In this document: in pieces, positions 10,070 through 19,735 of the stretch | Layout of the letters: every line of letters starts with the position of its first letter | Position numbering within the stretch: position 1 is the stretch's first letter | DNA from: Longimicrobiales bacterium | GTDB taxonomy: Bacteria > Gemmatimonadota > Gemmatimonadetes > Longimicrobiales > Gaopeijiaceae | NCBI GenBank assembly: GCA_965218295.1 | Contig: CBDCKN010000015.1 | Coordinates: 96,001-160,000, forward strand | Direction: 5' to 3' | DNA length: 64,000 nucleotides | Made by a program: the position numbers and the translations under genes | Notes under the pieces: model-generated | Told to the model about the DNA's origin: nothing | The model's input: only the letters and a program-made list of their open reading frames with translations | Database searches by the model: none

Positions 10070-10759
10070 ATGACCGAGAGGAACCCCTTCGACCACGTCG
10101 GTCTCTCAGGGTCGAACATGACCCCCCCACCCCCCCAAGCTGAGTTCGGCGAGGTCTTCGAGTGGCTCGCAGGCCGCTCGGGCATGTCGCGGCGGAGCTT
10201 CATCAAAGGAGTCATCGCTTCCGGAGTGGCCGTGTCGGGCGTGCCGTATCTGGCCAACGCGAGCCCCAGACCCGCCCTTCAGAGCGGCGCGGCGGAACGC
10301 CTCATCTCGTTGAATGTGAACGGGCAGGTTCGTCGGGTGGACGTCCTTCCCAACGAGACGCTCGCCATGACGTTGCGCTATAAGCTCGGGCTCACCGGCA
10401 CCAAGCTCGGGTGTGATCGTGCGGAATGCGGCGCCTGCACGGTGCTCATCGACGACGTCACGCACTACTCCTGCTCCACACTCACGCACCGCGTGCGAGG
10501 ACGAGAGATCACCACGGTGGAGGGGCTCGAGAGCCCTTCGGGCGAGCTCCACCCCGTGCAGCAGGCTTTCATCGACGAGCTGGCTCCCCAGTGCGGCTTC
10601 TGCACGCCGGGACAGGTGATAGCCGCAGTGGGACTCCTGAGGGCGAACCCGAATCCGACTCGCGAGGAGGCACGCCGGGCGATGTCGGGCAACATCTGCC
10701 GATGCGGTGCCTACGATCACTATCTGAACGGGGTCATGCGCGCGGCGCAGGAGGTCTGA
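10070..10759 (+). CDS. Xanthine dehydrogenase family 2Fe-2S subunit with Tat signal (PaoA/YagT-like)
   Basis: SRRSFIK Tat motif; GCDRAECGAC, QCGFCTPG, NICRC. Confidence 0.92.
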   Translation: MTERNPFDHVGLSGSNMTPPPPQAEFGEVFEWLAGRSGMSRRSFIKGVIASGVAVSGVPYLANASPRPALQSGAAERLISLNVNGQVRRVDVLPNETLAMTLRYKLGLTGTKLGCDRAECGACTVLIDDVTHYSCSTLTHRVRGREITTVEGLESPSGELHPVQQAFIDELAPQCGFCTPGQVIAAVGLLRANPNPTREEARRAMSGNICRCGAYDHYLNGVMRAAQEV

Positions 10760-10760
10760 G

Positions 10761-13157
10761 ATGGCACTTATCGGTGAGAACTTCACCCCTCCTGATCTCC
10801 GAGCCAAGGTGACGGGAAGGGCGAAGTACGCAGAGGATTTCCGGGCGGATGGCATGCTCTACTGCCGGCTCCTGACGAGCCCGATGCCCCACGGCCGTGT
10901 GCGGAGCATCGACGCGTCGGAGGCGCTGAGCATGGAGGGCGTCCTCGCCATCCTCACCGCCGACGAGGTCCCTGAGATCCCCGCACCAGGGAATCCTATC
11001 CTGACCAACGAGCCCCACTACGTGGGTGAGCCGATTCTGGCGGTTGCGGCGGTCGACGAGACCACGGCCCAGAACGCCATCGCGGCCATCAAGTTGGATC
11101 TGGAGCCGCTGCCGTTCTGCGTCGACCCGCTGGACAGCCTGCGCCCAGGCGGACCCAACGCCAGGACGGACGGCAACACGGTGGTGCGGGGAGAAGGCTT
11201 TCAAGAGCGCAAGTGGACCGCCGAGGACTTCGCGGAGGCTGGCGAGGGTAAGCTGCCCATGGGGGAGCCGCTGGCCGAGTGGTCATACGGTGACGTGGAG
11301 GTCGGGTTCGCCGAGGCGTCGCTGGTGCTCGACGAGACCTTCGTGACCGCGAACACCTCCCACCACTCCATGGAGCCCCGGAGCGCCATGGCCTACTGGC
11401 AGAACGGGAAGTGCTACTTCTACGGATCGACCCAGAGCCAGAGCTTCGTCGTGCCGGGTCTCGCGAGCTATCTCGGCATCGAGCCCGACGACCTGGTCTA
11501 CATCGCGGAGTTCTGCGGTGGAGGCTTCGGCTCGAAGGGCGGCGCTTACCCCATCATGGTCGTGCCGGCCTACCTGGCCAAGAAGACGGGGCGGCCCGTG
11601 CTGATGCGCATCAGCCGCGCCGAGGAGAACTTCATCGGCTCCGCACGCCCCGGCTTCCAGGGCCGCATCAAGATGGGGTTCCGCGATGATGGGCGAGTCA
11701 CGGCGGTGGACCTGTACATCGTCCAGGAGAACGGTCCCAACTCGGGCGGGGGAGACTGGAATTCGGCCGGCAGCGCCGTATCGATCGTCTATACGCCGCT
11801 GGCCATGCGGTTCCGGGGGATTCCGGTCTTGACCAATACGCCGGCCACTGGCGCACAGCGAGGTCCAGGGCAGAACCAGATCGCGACGGCCGTCGAGCCG
11901 CTCCTCGACAAAGCCGCCCACCAGCTGGGGATCGATCAGGTGGAGATCCGCCGGATCAATGCCCCGGACAACGACTCGCGGTACGGTCCCAGTCAGGGGC
12001 CTGTCACGAGCGCCTACATGCGCGAGGCCTTGGACATCGGCGCGGAGCAGTTCGACTGGGAGGGCAAGAAGGCTCAGAGCGGCCGGCGTCGCGGCTCCAA
12101 GGTCATCGGGGTGGGCGTCGGGCAGGCCTTCCACGCAGCGGGATCGAGCGGGTACGACGGCCTGGTCCGGATCACGCCCGACGGCAAGCTCCACATCCAC
12201 TCGGGCGCGGGTAACCTGGGCACGTTCTCCTACGCGGGGACGTCGCGAGTCGCCGCCGAGGTCCTCGATATGCAGTGGGAGAACTGTGAGATCCACCGCG
12301 GCGACTCCAGCAAGGGCCTGCCGTGGAATCTGGCTCAGTGGGGCAGCAACACGTCGTTCACCATGGCCCGGACCAACTACGTCGCCGCCATGGACGCCGT
12401 TCAGAAGCTCAAGGAGATCGCGGCCATGGACCTGGGCGGCTCGCCCGGAGACTACGACATCGGCAATGAGACCGTCTTCGCCAGAGCCAATCCGTCGCGG
12501 CGCCTCACGTACGCGGCCGCGGCACGCCGGGCCATCGAGCTGGGCGGGAAGTTCAGCGGCCATGAGGTCCCCGACGATCTCAACCAAATGACGAAGTCCG
12601 CCGTCGCGGGCCTCGCCGGCAGCGCCCTGGTCGGCGTGGCCAAGGACAACCTGGAGCTTAACGGGACCGTTCCCGCGTTGGCGGCGGGCTTCATCCGGAT
12701 CGAGCTCGACGTGGAGACGGGTCAGTTCGAGATTCTCGACTACCTGGGAGTAGCAGATTGCGGAACCGTGATCCATCCCCAGGGGCTTGCCACCCAGATA
12801 ACGGGCGGGGCCGTGCAGGGCTTCGGCATGGCGACTCTGGAGCGCCACCTCTACGACCCCCACTACGGTCTGCCGGGCACCATCGGTCTACACCAGACCA
12901 AGCCGCCGTCCTTTCTGGACGTACCCCTGGAGATGGACTGGGCAGCCGTCAACATCGCCGATCCCCAGAACCCCGTAGGGTCCAAGGGGGTGGGAGAGCC
13001 CACTATGGGGTGTGCCGGCGCCGCGCTGTTGTGCGCCATTTCCGACGCGCTGGGCGGTCACTACTTCAACCGGATCCCCGTGGTGCCCGACATGATCGTG
13101 AACGCCGCCTCGGGGCACCCGCAGTCGCATACACCGCTGCAAGTCAACACGCCGTGA
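10761..13157 (+). CDS. Xanthine dehydrogenase family molybdopterin-binding subunit
   Basis: KVTGRAKY, GGGFGSK, QRGPG, GSKGVGE (catalytic Glu). Confidence 0.92.
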   Translation: MALIGENFTPPDLRAKVTGRAKYAEDFRADGMLYCRLLTSPMPHGRVRSIDASEALSMEGVLAILTADEVPEIPAPGNPILTNEPHYVGEPILAVAAVDETTAQNAIAAIKLDLEPLPFCVDPLDSLRPGGPNARTDGNTVVRGEGFQERKWTAEDFAEAGEGKLPMGEPLAEWSYGDVEVGFAEASLVLDETFVTANTSHHSMEPRSAMAYWQNGKCYFYGSTQSQSFVVPGLASYLGIEPDDLVYIAEFCGGGFGSKGGAYPIMVVPAYLAKKTGRPVLMRISRAEENFIGSARPGFQGRIKMGFRDDGRVTAVDLYIVQENGPNSGGGDWNSAGSAVSIVYTPLAMRFRGIPVLTNTPATGAQRGPGQNQIATAVEPLLDKAAHQLGIDQVEIRRINAPDNDSRYGPSQGPVTSAYMREALDIGAEQFDWEGKKAQSGRRRGSKVIGVGVGQAFHAAGSSGYDGLVRITPDGKLHIHSGAGNLGTFSYAGTSRVAAEVLDMQWENCEIHRGDSSKGLPWNLAQWGSNTSFTMARTNYVAAMDAVQKLKEIAAMDLGGSPGDYDIGNETVFARANPSRRLTYAAAARRAIELGGKFSGHEVPDDLNQMTKSAVAGLAGSALVGVAKDNLELNGTVPALAAGFIRIELDVETGQFEILDYLGVADCGTVIHPQGLATQITGGAVQGFGMATLERHLYDPHYGLPGTIGLHQTKPPSFLDVPLEMDWAAVNIADPQNPVGSKGVGEPTMGCAGAALLCAISDALGGHYFNRIPVVPDMIVNAASGHPQSHTPLQVNTP

Positions 13158-13167
13158 GGAGCCGCCC

Positions 13168-14157
13168 ATGTTGAAGGACATGATGTCGCATTTCGAGCTG
13201 TTTCAGCCGGCGGACCTGGACAACGCATTCGACCTCCTCGATCGCTTCGGCGAGGACTGCTGGACGATCGCTGGCGGTCAAGACAGCCTCGACTGGTTCA
13301 AGGACCGGAGCAAGCAGTCTTCAGCCGTCATCGACTTGGCGGGAATCCCGGGGCTCGAGGGCATCCGGGAGACTGCCGACGGCATCGAGATCGGAGCCAT
13401 GACGACGCTGACAGCCATCGAGCGTCATCCCGTCATCCAGGAGCGGTATGAATTGCTCGCGGAGGCGGCACGGGCGGTGGCGAGCCCTCAGATTCGCAAT
13501 AGCGGCACGCTGGGTGGCAACGTCTGCCAGGACACGCGCTGCTGGTACTACCGCTACGGGCTCTCCTGCTACCGGGCCGGAGGCAACACCTGCTACGCCA
13601 ACACGCCGGTGGGGCTGAACCGGGAGCACTGCCTCTTCGGCGCCAACCGCTGCGTGGCCGTGACACCCTCCGATCCGGCGATTGCGCTCGTGGCGCTGGA
13701 CGCCTCCATGGTCATCCAGAACTCGGGCGGCGAGCGAGTCGTGGCCGCCGAGGACTTCTTCATGAAGCCCTCCGTGGACATCACGCGGATGACGGCGCTC
13801 CAGCCCGAGGATCTCCTGACCCAGATCCGGATCCCCAACACGTGGGCCGGCGCCAGCTTCTACTTCGAGAAGGTCGCCGATCGTGGCACTTGGGACTTCG
13901 CCCTGGTGAGCGTGGCCGCAGCGCTGAGAGTGGAAGGCGACCGTATCGAGGGAGGCCGCATCGCGTGCGGCGGGGTGCAGTGCATCCCGAGGCGGCTCAC
14001 GGACATGGAGGAGCTCATCACGGGTCGTGTCAAGAACGAGGAGACCGCCAATCTCGCCGGTGCCTTGGCGGTCCGCGGAGCGGAACCCTTGAACCACAAC
14101 CACTTCAAGATCCCGCTCATGGAGAATCTGGTGAAGAGGGCCGTGCGCGACGCCTAG
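13168..14157 (+). CDS. Xanthine dehydrogenase family FAD subunit with 4Fe-4S insert (PaoB/HcrB-like)
   Basis: AGGQD, ASPQIRNSGTLGGN, CQDTRCWYYR...C...C Cys cluster. Confidence 0.9.
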   Translation: MLKDMMSHFELFQPADLDNAFDLLDRFGEDCWTIAGGQDSLDWFKDRSKQSSAVIDLAGIPGLEGIRETADGIEIGAMTTLTAIERHPVIQERYELLAEAARAVASPQIRNSGTLGGNVCQDTRCWYYRYGLSCYRAGGNTCYANTPVGLNREHCLFGANRCVAVTPSDPAIALVALDASMVIQNSGGERVVAAEDFFMKPSVDITRMTALQPEDLLTQIRIPNTWAGASFYFEKVADRGTWDFALVSVAAALRVEGDRIEGGRIACGGVQCIPRRLTDMEELITGRVKNEETANLAGALAVRGAEPLNHNHFKIPLMENLVKRAVRDA

Positions 14158-14225
14158 CTGGTTTGCACGGCCCTGGCGTGGGGGTCAGTCGATCCGTCGG
14201 CGGACGAGCGGGTACCCGGTGCCCC

Positions 14226-16484
14226 CTACCCCCCGAGCACGTTGAGCTGGCGCGTGAACTTCACGATCAGCGAGCGACCCAGGGGCCCGTCGAGGGCGTC
14301 GACGCCCTGGATATCGTTGTAGACGATGAACAGGCCAGTCCCGGCCGTGTTCAGCCATCCGAAGCGCACGTTCGCCACCAGGCGATCAATCTGATCGCTG
14401 TACTGGATCAGGGACTGTAGATAGATCCGCGGGGTGAAGAAGTACCCGAAGTTCACGCCCACCAGGGTGGTCTCGAAGTTGCCCTCGGGGAGATTGACGT
14501 CGTTGTACTCCAGCCTGAGCGAGGTGCTCAAGGCCGCTCCACTCCGCAACGTGATCGTAGCTGAGCTGTTCAGGCGGTTCCCGGAGAGGAAGCTCCCCAC
14601 GTTGAGCCGGCCGTCGAACGACAGGTCGGCCGAACGGTTCGTGTTGAACACGAAGGCCGCCTCCCATCCGTCGTAGGTACCCGTCGGGACGACGACATCG
14701 GTGCCGGTGATCTCGAACGGCTCGTAGAGCCCCTCCCGCACCCAGTTGGCGCCCGTGTGGAACTCCATTCCGCTGGGCCACTCCCAGTGGGTGTCGATGT
14801 GCAGGCGACTCGACTCCTCGAAGTTGTGCTCGACCTCGCTCTTCCGGCTCCGGTACGTGAAGTACGAAACGTGGGGGCGGATCTCCCGGAGGAACCGATC
14901 GGGGCGGACGAAGCGCTGGATGTACCCCTGGTAGTAGCGGTAGCCGCTCCGGGGCAGGAAGCCCACTTCGGGGTTGAAGGACTCGCTAATCTCGCGGACT
15001 GTGAGGGTGCCCGTCCAGCTCCGGCTGCTCCACCCTGCGGTGGCGTCGAACGCGTGCTCGTCGCCTGCGAGCCCGGGAGTCTCGGTCCCCGCCACGAAGG
15101 ATGTGAGCGTCAAGGCCTGTCCGATGCCCACCCGTGCGTCCGCCGCGAAGGTCCGGTTGTAGTCACCGGACGCCTCGCCGCTCCTATTCACGAACAATGC
15201 TCCCACCCGTGATCGATTGGGCAGCTCTCGGGCGACCCGGGCGACAGAGTAGGCATCGCCCGCCGGCCCCCCCGCCTTCCCGCCCGTCTCGATGTGGAGG
15301 AGGCCGACGTTGAAGCCCCCGGCCTTCCCAGAGAGCCGGCCCCCGCCCTGGATGGGCACCTGTTCCCCGTCGACGATGCCGATCTGCCGGCTGAAGAAGA
15401 GGTCGGCGCCACCCGCGCCTACGGTGAAGAAGCCCGCGTTCTCCAGGAAGAACGGCCGCTTCTCGGGGAAGAGGAGTGAGAAGCGGGTGAGGTTGACCTG
15501 CTGATCGTCCACCTCGACCTGGGCGAAGTCGGTGTTCACGGTCATGTCGAGGGTCAGCCCCTGTGTGATCTGCAGCTTCGCCTCGCCGCCGAACTCGGCC
15601 TCCTCTCCGAAGGACGTCTCGCCGGCCTCGTAGTTCCGCTCCGTCGAGGCCAGCCCGTAAGGCGTGACAGTTCCCAGGCGCCGGAACGGGGGCGAGAGGC
15701 CCTCGAGATCTCCGGCGTAGTTGAGCCTGTAGAGGTTGAACTCCCGTGGCACGGGGGACCAGAACGACTCCTCGTTCAGCCGTCGGACCCGCCGGGCCAC
15801 GTTGAAACCCCAGGGGTCGTTCTCCGCTCCGTAGCGCAGCGTGTTGAAGGGGATCCGGAACTCGGCGTACCACCCCCGGCCATCCACGGCGGTAGCCACG
15901 CTCCAGCTCCCGTCCCAGTTCTTGTTGAAGCCGGCTCCCGCTCCCGACTGAAAGCGCCGTCGGTTGTTGAAGCCGCTGCCCAAGAAGCGTCCCCCACCCT
16001 GGCCCTCGTTGGCGACCTGGCCGTCGTACTCGATTCCCGCAGGGGTCGTGCCGAACACGAATCCGTTCTGCTCGTCGTTGTATGTGTCCAGGATCAGCAC
16101 GACGTTGTCGCTCTCGTCCACCTCATAGTCCCGAATCTGCTCCCCGGGGACGATGCCGTCCGGCTGGCTGTCCAAAGCCCAAACGCCGACGTACAGGGCT
16201 TCGCCGTCGAACACGACCCTCACTTCGGTACGCTCGGTGGCCGGCTCTCCATCCCTGGGCTCGCGCTGTGTGAAATCCGTCATGGGCGCGGCCTGCTGCC
16301 ACGCCGCATCATCGAGACGGCCGTCGATGGTTGGGGGATCGGTCACCCGTGACGCTGTCGCGGTCCCTGGCTCAAGGGACGGAATGCCCCCGTTGGACCC
16401 GGGGGCGGAGGCTTCTTGTTGAGCGAGAAGCGCAGACGGGCAAAAGGCGAGAAGGGCGGCCAGCTTCAGTCGGGTAGTCTTCAC
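14226..16484 (-). CDS. DUF5916 / CBM9-like outer membrane protein
   Basis: Signal peptide; PPTIDGRLDD, EFRIPF, NTDFAQVEVD, FPEKRPFFLE; beta-strand-rich C-terminus. Confidence 0.82.
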   Translation of the reverse strand: MKTTRLKLAALLAFCPSALLAQQEASAPGSNGGIPSLEPGTATASRVTDPPTIDGRLDDAAWQQAAPMTDFTQREPRDGEPATERTEVRVVFDGEALYVGVWALDSQPDGIVPGEQIRDYEVDESDNVVLILDTYNDEQNGFVFGTTPAGIEYDGQVANEGQGGGRFLGSGFNNRRRFQSGAGAGFNKNWDGSWSVATAVDGRGWYAEFRIPFNTLRYGAENDPWGFNVARRVRRLNEESFWSPVPREFNLYRLNYAGDLEGLSPPFRRLGTVTPYGLASTERNYEAGETSFGEEAEFGGEAKLQITQGLTLDMTVNTDFAQVEVDDQQVNLTRFSLLFPEKRPFFLENAGFFTVGAGGADLFFSRQIGIVDGEQVPIQGGGRLSGKAGGFNVGLLHIETGGKAGGPAGDAYSVARVARELPNRSRVGALFVNRSGEASGDYNRTFAADARVGIGQALTLTSFVAGTETPGLAGDEHAFDATAGWSSRSWTGTLTVREISESFNPEVGFLPRSGYRYYQGYIQRFVRPDRFLREIRPHVSYFTYRSRKSEVEHNFEESSRLHIDTHWEWPSGMEFHTGANWVREGLYEPFEITGTDVVVPTGTYDGWEAAFVFNTNRSADLSFDGRLNVGSFLSGNRLNSSATITLRSGAALSTSLRLEYNDVNLPEGNFETTLVGVNFGYFFTPRIYLQSLIQYSDQIDRLVANVRFGWLNTAGTGLFIVYNDIQGVDALDGPLGRSLIVKFTRQLNVLGG

Positions 16485-16601
16485 TCGGGTCCTACCGTGT
16501 ACAGGGCCTGAGATGGTGGTGCAAAGGTAGCAGGGGAACGCCGGTGCGCCCGCCGGCCACAGTACTCGACGAGGTGGACTGGAGCCTCCGCCCCCTCGCC
16601 T

Positions 16602-18762
16602 TCAGCCCAGCTGGACCGGCAGCTCCCTGATCCGCTGACCGGTGAGTGCGAAGAGGGCGTTCGTGACGGCCGGAGCCAACGGCGGCAGCCCGCCGGGTGG
16701 ATCGCCGCTTGGAGCCAGCACCACCTCGACCTCGGGCGCCTCGTCTATCCGGACCATGGGGTAGTCGTGAAAGTTGCTCTCGACGACTCGCCCCCCCTGG
16801 ATGCTCACGCGACCGTACAGAGCCGCCGTGAGGCCATACATCATGCCGCTCTCCATCTGAGCCCGTACGATGGCCGGGTTCACCACCACGCCGCAGTCGA
16901 TCGCACACCAGAGCCTGTGGACGCGGGGCTTGTCCCCGTCCACGGAGACCTCTGCCACCTCGGCCACATACGAGCCGAAGGACTCCACCACGGAGGATTC
17001 CCCGAGCTCGTCCCTCGGGAGGCGTCGTGCCCCACGCCGAGGCTTCAGCCACGGCATCCAGCACATCGATGTGCCTGGGGTGATCTACGAGGAGGGCCCT
17101 CCGGTACTGGTACGGATCCTGGCCCGCTGCGTGCGCCAGCTCGTCCACGAAGGACTCCACCACGAATCCGTTGTGCGAGTTGCCTACCGAACGCCAGAAG
17201 CCGACAGGGATGGGAAGCTCGACGTTAGACCAGGCCACGCGAACGTTAGGGACGGGATAGGGGTGGTTTTGAGCCGCCTCGACGGACGTTGGGTCCACCC
17301 CGTCCGGCATGAGACCGGCCCAGCCCGCCACGAAATTGGGCATCCAACCCGGAAGCCATCTCTCCATGATCGATTGTGAGGCGATCTCGTGACGCCACGC
17401 CATGGGTCGCCCCCCCTCGTCCAGCAGAGCCTCCAGCTGGTGATACGATGCCGGCCGGTAGAAGTCGTGCTGAATGTCGTCTTCCCTGGACCAGACCACC
17501 TTGACGGGTCCGTCGACCTTGGAGGCCAGCTCCGCCGCCTCCCGCACGAAGTCCAGCTCGGCCCTTCGGCCGAAGCCGCCGCCCAGATAGGTCGTGTGGA
17601 CCTCTACGGAATCATCGTCGACACCGGCGGCCTTGGCGGCCGCCTGGCGTGAGCCTCCGCCGATCAAGGAGGGGGCATCTTGGAACTGGGTGGGCGCCCA
17701 TACTGTGCAACGGCCCTCCCTCACCACCGCGGTGCAGTTCATAGGCTCCATGGTGGCGTGGGCCAGGTAGGGCAGTGAGTACTCCGCCGTGACGCGGGTG
17801 CCGGATCCAGTGAGGGCGACATCCACATCTCCGTCGTCGCGGGCAGCCTTCCCGCCCACCTCCACCGCCGCGCGGAAGCGGCGGGAGATCTCGGCGTCGT
17901 CGATCGTGGCTCCCGCGCCCTCGTTCCAGACGATCTGGAGGGCGTCACGCCCCTTCTTGGCCGGCCAGTAGCCCTCGGCGACCACGGCAACTCCGCTCTC
18001 GATGTCCACGACGTCGTGGACGCCTTCAACGGCCAGGGCGGGCGCCGGGTCGTACGACCCGACCGAACCTCCGAAGACGGGGGAACGGGCAACCACGGCC
18101 ACCCGGGCGTCAGAGGGGCCGGCATCCACGCCGAAGGTCGCCTGGCCCCTCGTCTTCGCCGGTACGTCCAGGCGCCTCGGCGACCTGCCGATGATACGGA
18201 ACTCCGACGGATCCTTGAGCTCGACGGTCTTCGGGAGCGGGATGGCCGCCGCCGCGGTGGCAAGCTCGCCGTAGGTGAGCGTCGACCCATCCGGGTGTAT
18301 GGCCGTACCGTCGAGCATGCGAACCTGCTCGGCGACGACGCCCCAGCGCTGGGCGGCAGCTTCGCGAAGGAGCCACCGCGCAATGGCGCCCGCCTCCCGA
18401 AGAGGCTCCCATGCCGTGAGCACGCTCGTGCTCCCCCCAGTCACCTGCATCCCCATCGTGGGGGAGTTGCGGTACGCCGGATGGGCCGGCGCAAAGGCGA
18501 AGGATATACTCTCCAGGGAAACCTCGAGCTCCTCCGCGATGAGCTGCGGAAGGGCGGTGGTGATCCCCTGCCCCATCTCCGACTTGTCGATCATGAAGGT
18601 GATCGCGCCGTCGTCGTCGATCCGTAACCAAGCGTTCGGCGCGAAGGCGGCGTTCGTGGCGGGCATGCCGGGGCCCGATCTGACCTTGAAGTAGATCCCG
18701 AGTGTGAGACCGGCGCCCGCTACAGCGCCGACCTTGATGAAGGTGCGGCGCGAGACGCTCAT
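16602..18762 (-). pseudogene. Isoquinoline oxidoreductase beta-like (IorB) Mo subunit, frameshift near 16995 and loss of the GxGE motif
   Basis: Tat SRRTFIK, EMGQG, TGGSTS, HATMEP, GGGFGRR, FWRSV; C-terminus continues in ORF 16602..17066; AGGAGG RBS before the ATG at 18762. Confidence 0.85.
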
Positions 18763-19260
18763 CGGTCGCCTCCTTGCTCGGCACCCTCGGCCACGAGCAC
18801 GGTCTCCCGGGACAGCTTCCGCCGCCCGGTGGATCGCCCGCCGGATGGCGTTGTACGCACCGCAGCGGCACACGTTGCCCGTCATGGCCCGGTCGATGTC
18901 CTCATCGGTGGGCCGGTCGACTTCAGCGAGCAGTCCTGCCGCGGACATGATCTGGCCTGACTGACAATAGCCACACTGGGGAACCTGCTCCTCCACCCAT
19001 GCCCGCTGAACCGGGTGTGATCCGCTGGGAGAGAGTCCCTCGATGGTCGTCACCTCGGCTCCTTCGACCGTGCCGATCGCTGTCATGCACGAGCGGGCCG
19101 GGGTGCCGTTCACATGGACCGTGCAGGCCCCACACAGGCCCATCCCACACCCGAACTTGGTGCCAGTGAGCTTGATGGTGTCCCGGAGAACCCACAGGAG
19201 TGGAGTATCTTCAGGGACGTCGACCCGCTGGGGCCGCCCGTTGAGCGTGAAAGTGACCAT
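18759..19260 (-). CDS. Isoquinoline oxidoreductase alpha-like (IorA) 2Fe-2S subunit, probable 1-nt insertion near 18808
   Basis: [27 protein letters not shown]; natural stop TGA overlaps the IorB ATG in a shifted frame. Confidence 0.88.
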
Positions 19261-19343
19261 GGCGAGGTCCTGCTGGAGAAGAGGGGTCGTGCTCGAAAAG
19301 TGTCGCGGCCCGTGGGTCCGACACAAGGACCCGCGGTCGTAAC

Positions 19344-19399
19344 TTGCCCTGCCACATCGATATTGATACCATTCGAGATCAATCTCAATTGATATCAAT
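19344..19399 (+). promoter_or_regulatory. padR promoter with three tandem palindromic operator-like boxes
   Basis: TTGCCC-N17-TACCAT; ATCGATATTGAT (19356), TTCGAGATCAAT (19372), ATTGATATCAAT (19388) at 16-bp spacing. Confidence 0.6.
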
Positions 19400-19413
19400 C
19401 ACTGGGAGCCCTC

Positions 19414-19734
19414 ATGATCACGCGGCCACTCAAGCCTCAATGGTTCCAGATTCTCCTCGCGTTGTCGGAGCAGGATCGGCACGGCTACGCCATTCAGCGG
19501 GCGGTTCTGGACCGGACGGACGGACACCTGCGGCTGTGGCCGGCAATGCTCTATCGATCGTTGGCGAAGCTCGAGGAGGGCGGTCTGATTCGTCATGCCG
19601 AGGCTCCGTCGCATGAGCCCGAGGATGAGCGCCGGCAATACTACGGGCTCACGGAGGAGGGGCGGCTTAGGCTCAGGGACGAGGGAGAGATGCTCGCCCG
19701 CTGGGCTGCCGCCGCACGGGGTGTCGGGGTCTGA
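19414..19734 (+). CDS. PadR family transcriptional regulator
   Basis: HGYAI, LYRSLAKLEEGGLI, RRQYYGLTEEG. Confidence 0.92.
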   Translation: MITRPLKPQWFQILLALSEQDRHGYAIQRAVLDRTDGHLRLWPAMLYRSLAKLEEGGLIRHAEAPSHEPEDERRQYYGLTEEGRLRLRDEGEMLARWAAAARGVGV

Positions 19735-19735
19735 C

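Noticed and set aside
11283..12863. Long antisense ORFs (also 7286..8950, 22523..24244, 39962..41152)
   Set aside because: Shadow ORFs expected opposite real genes in high-GC DNA; no motifs.
16492..19398. 968-aa ORF suggesting a novel IorA-IorB fusion
   Set aside because: An internal AGGAGG RBS, ATG and Tat signal at 18762 and a TGA overlap in the adjacent frame show two genes; one extra base near 18808 explains the read-through.
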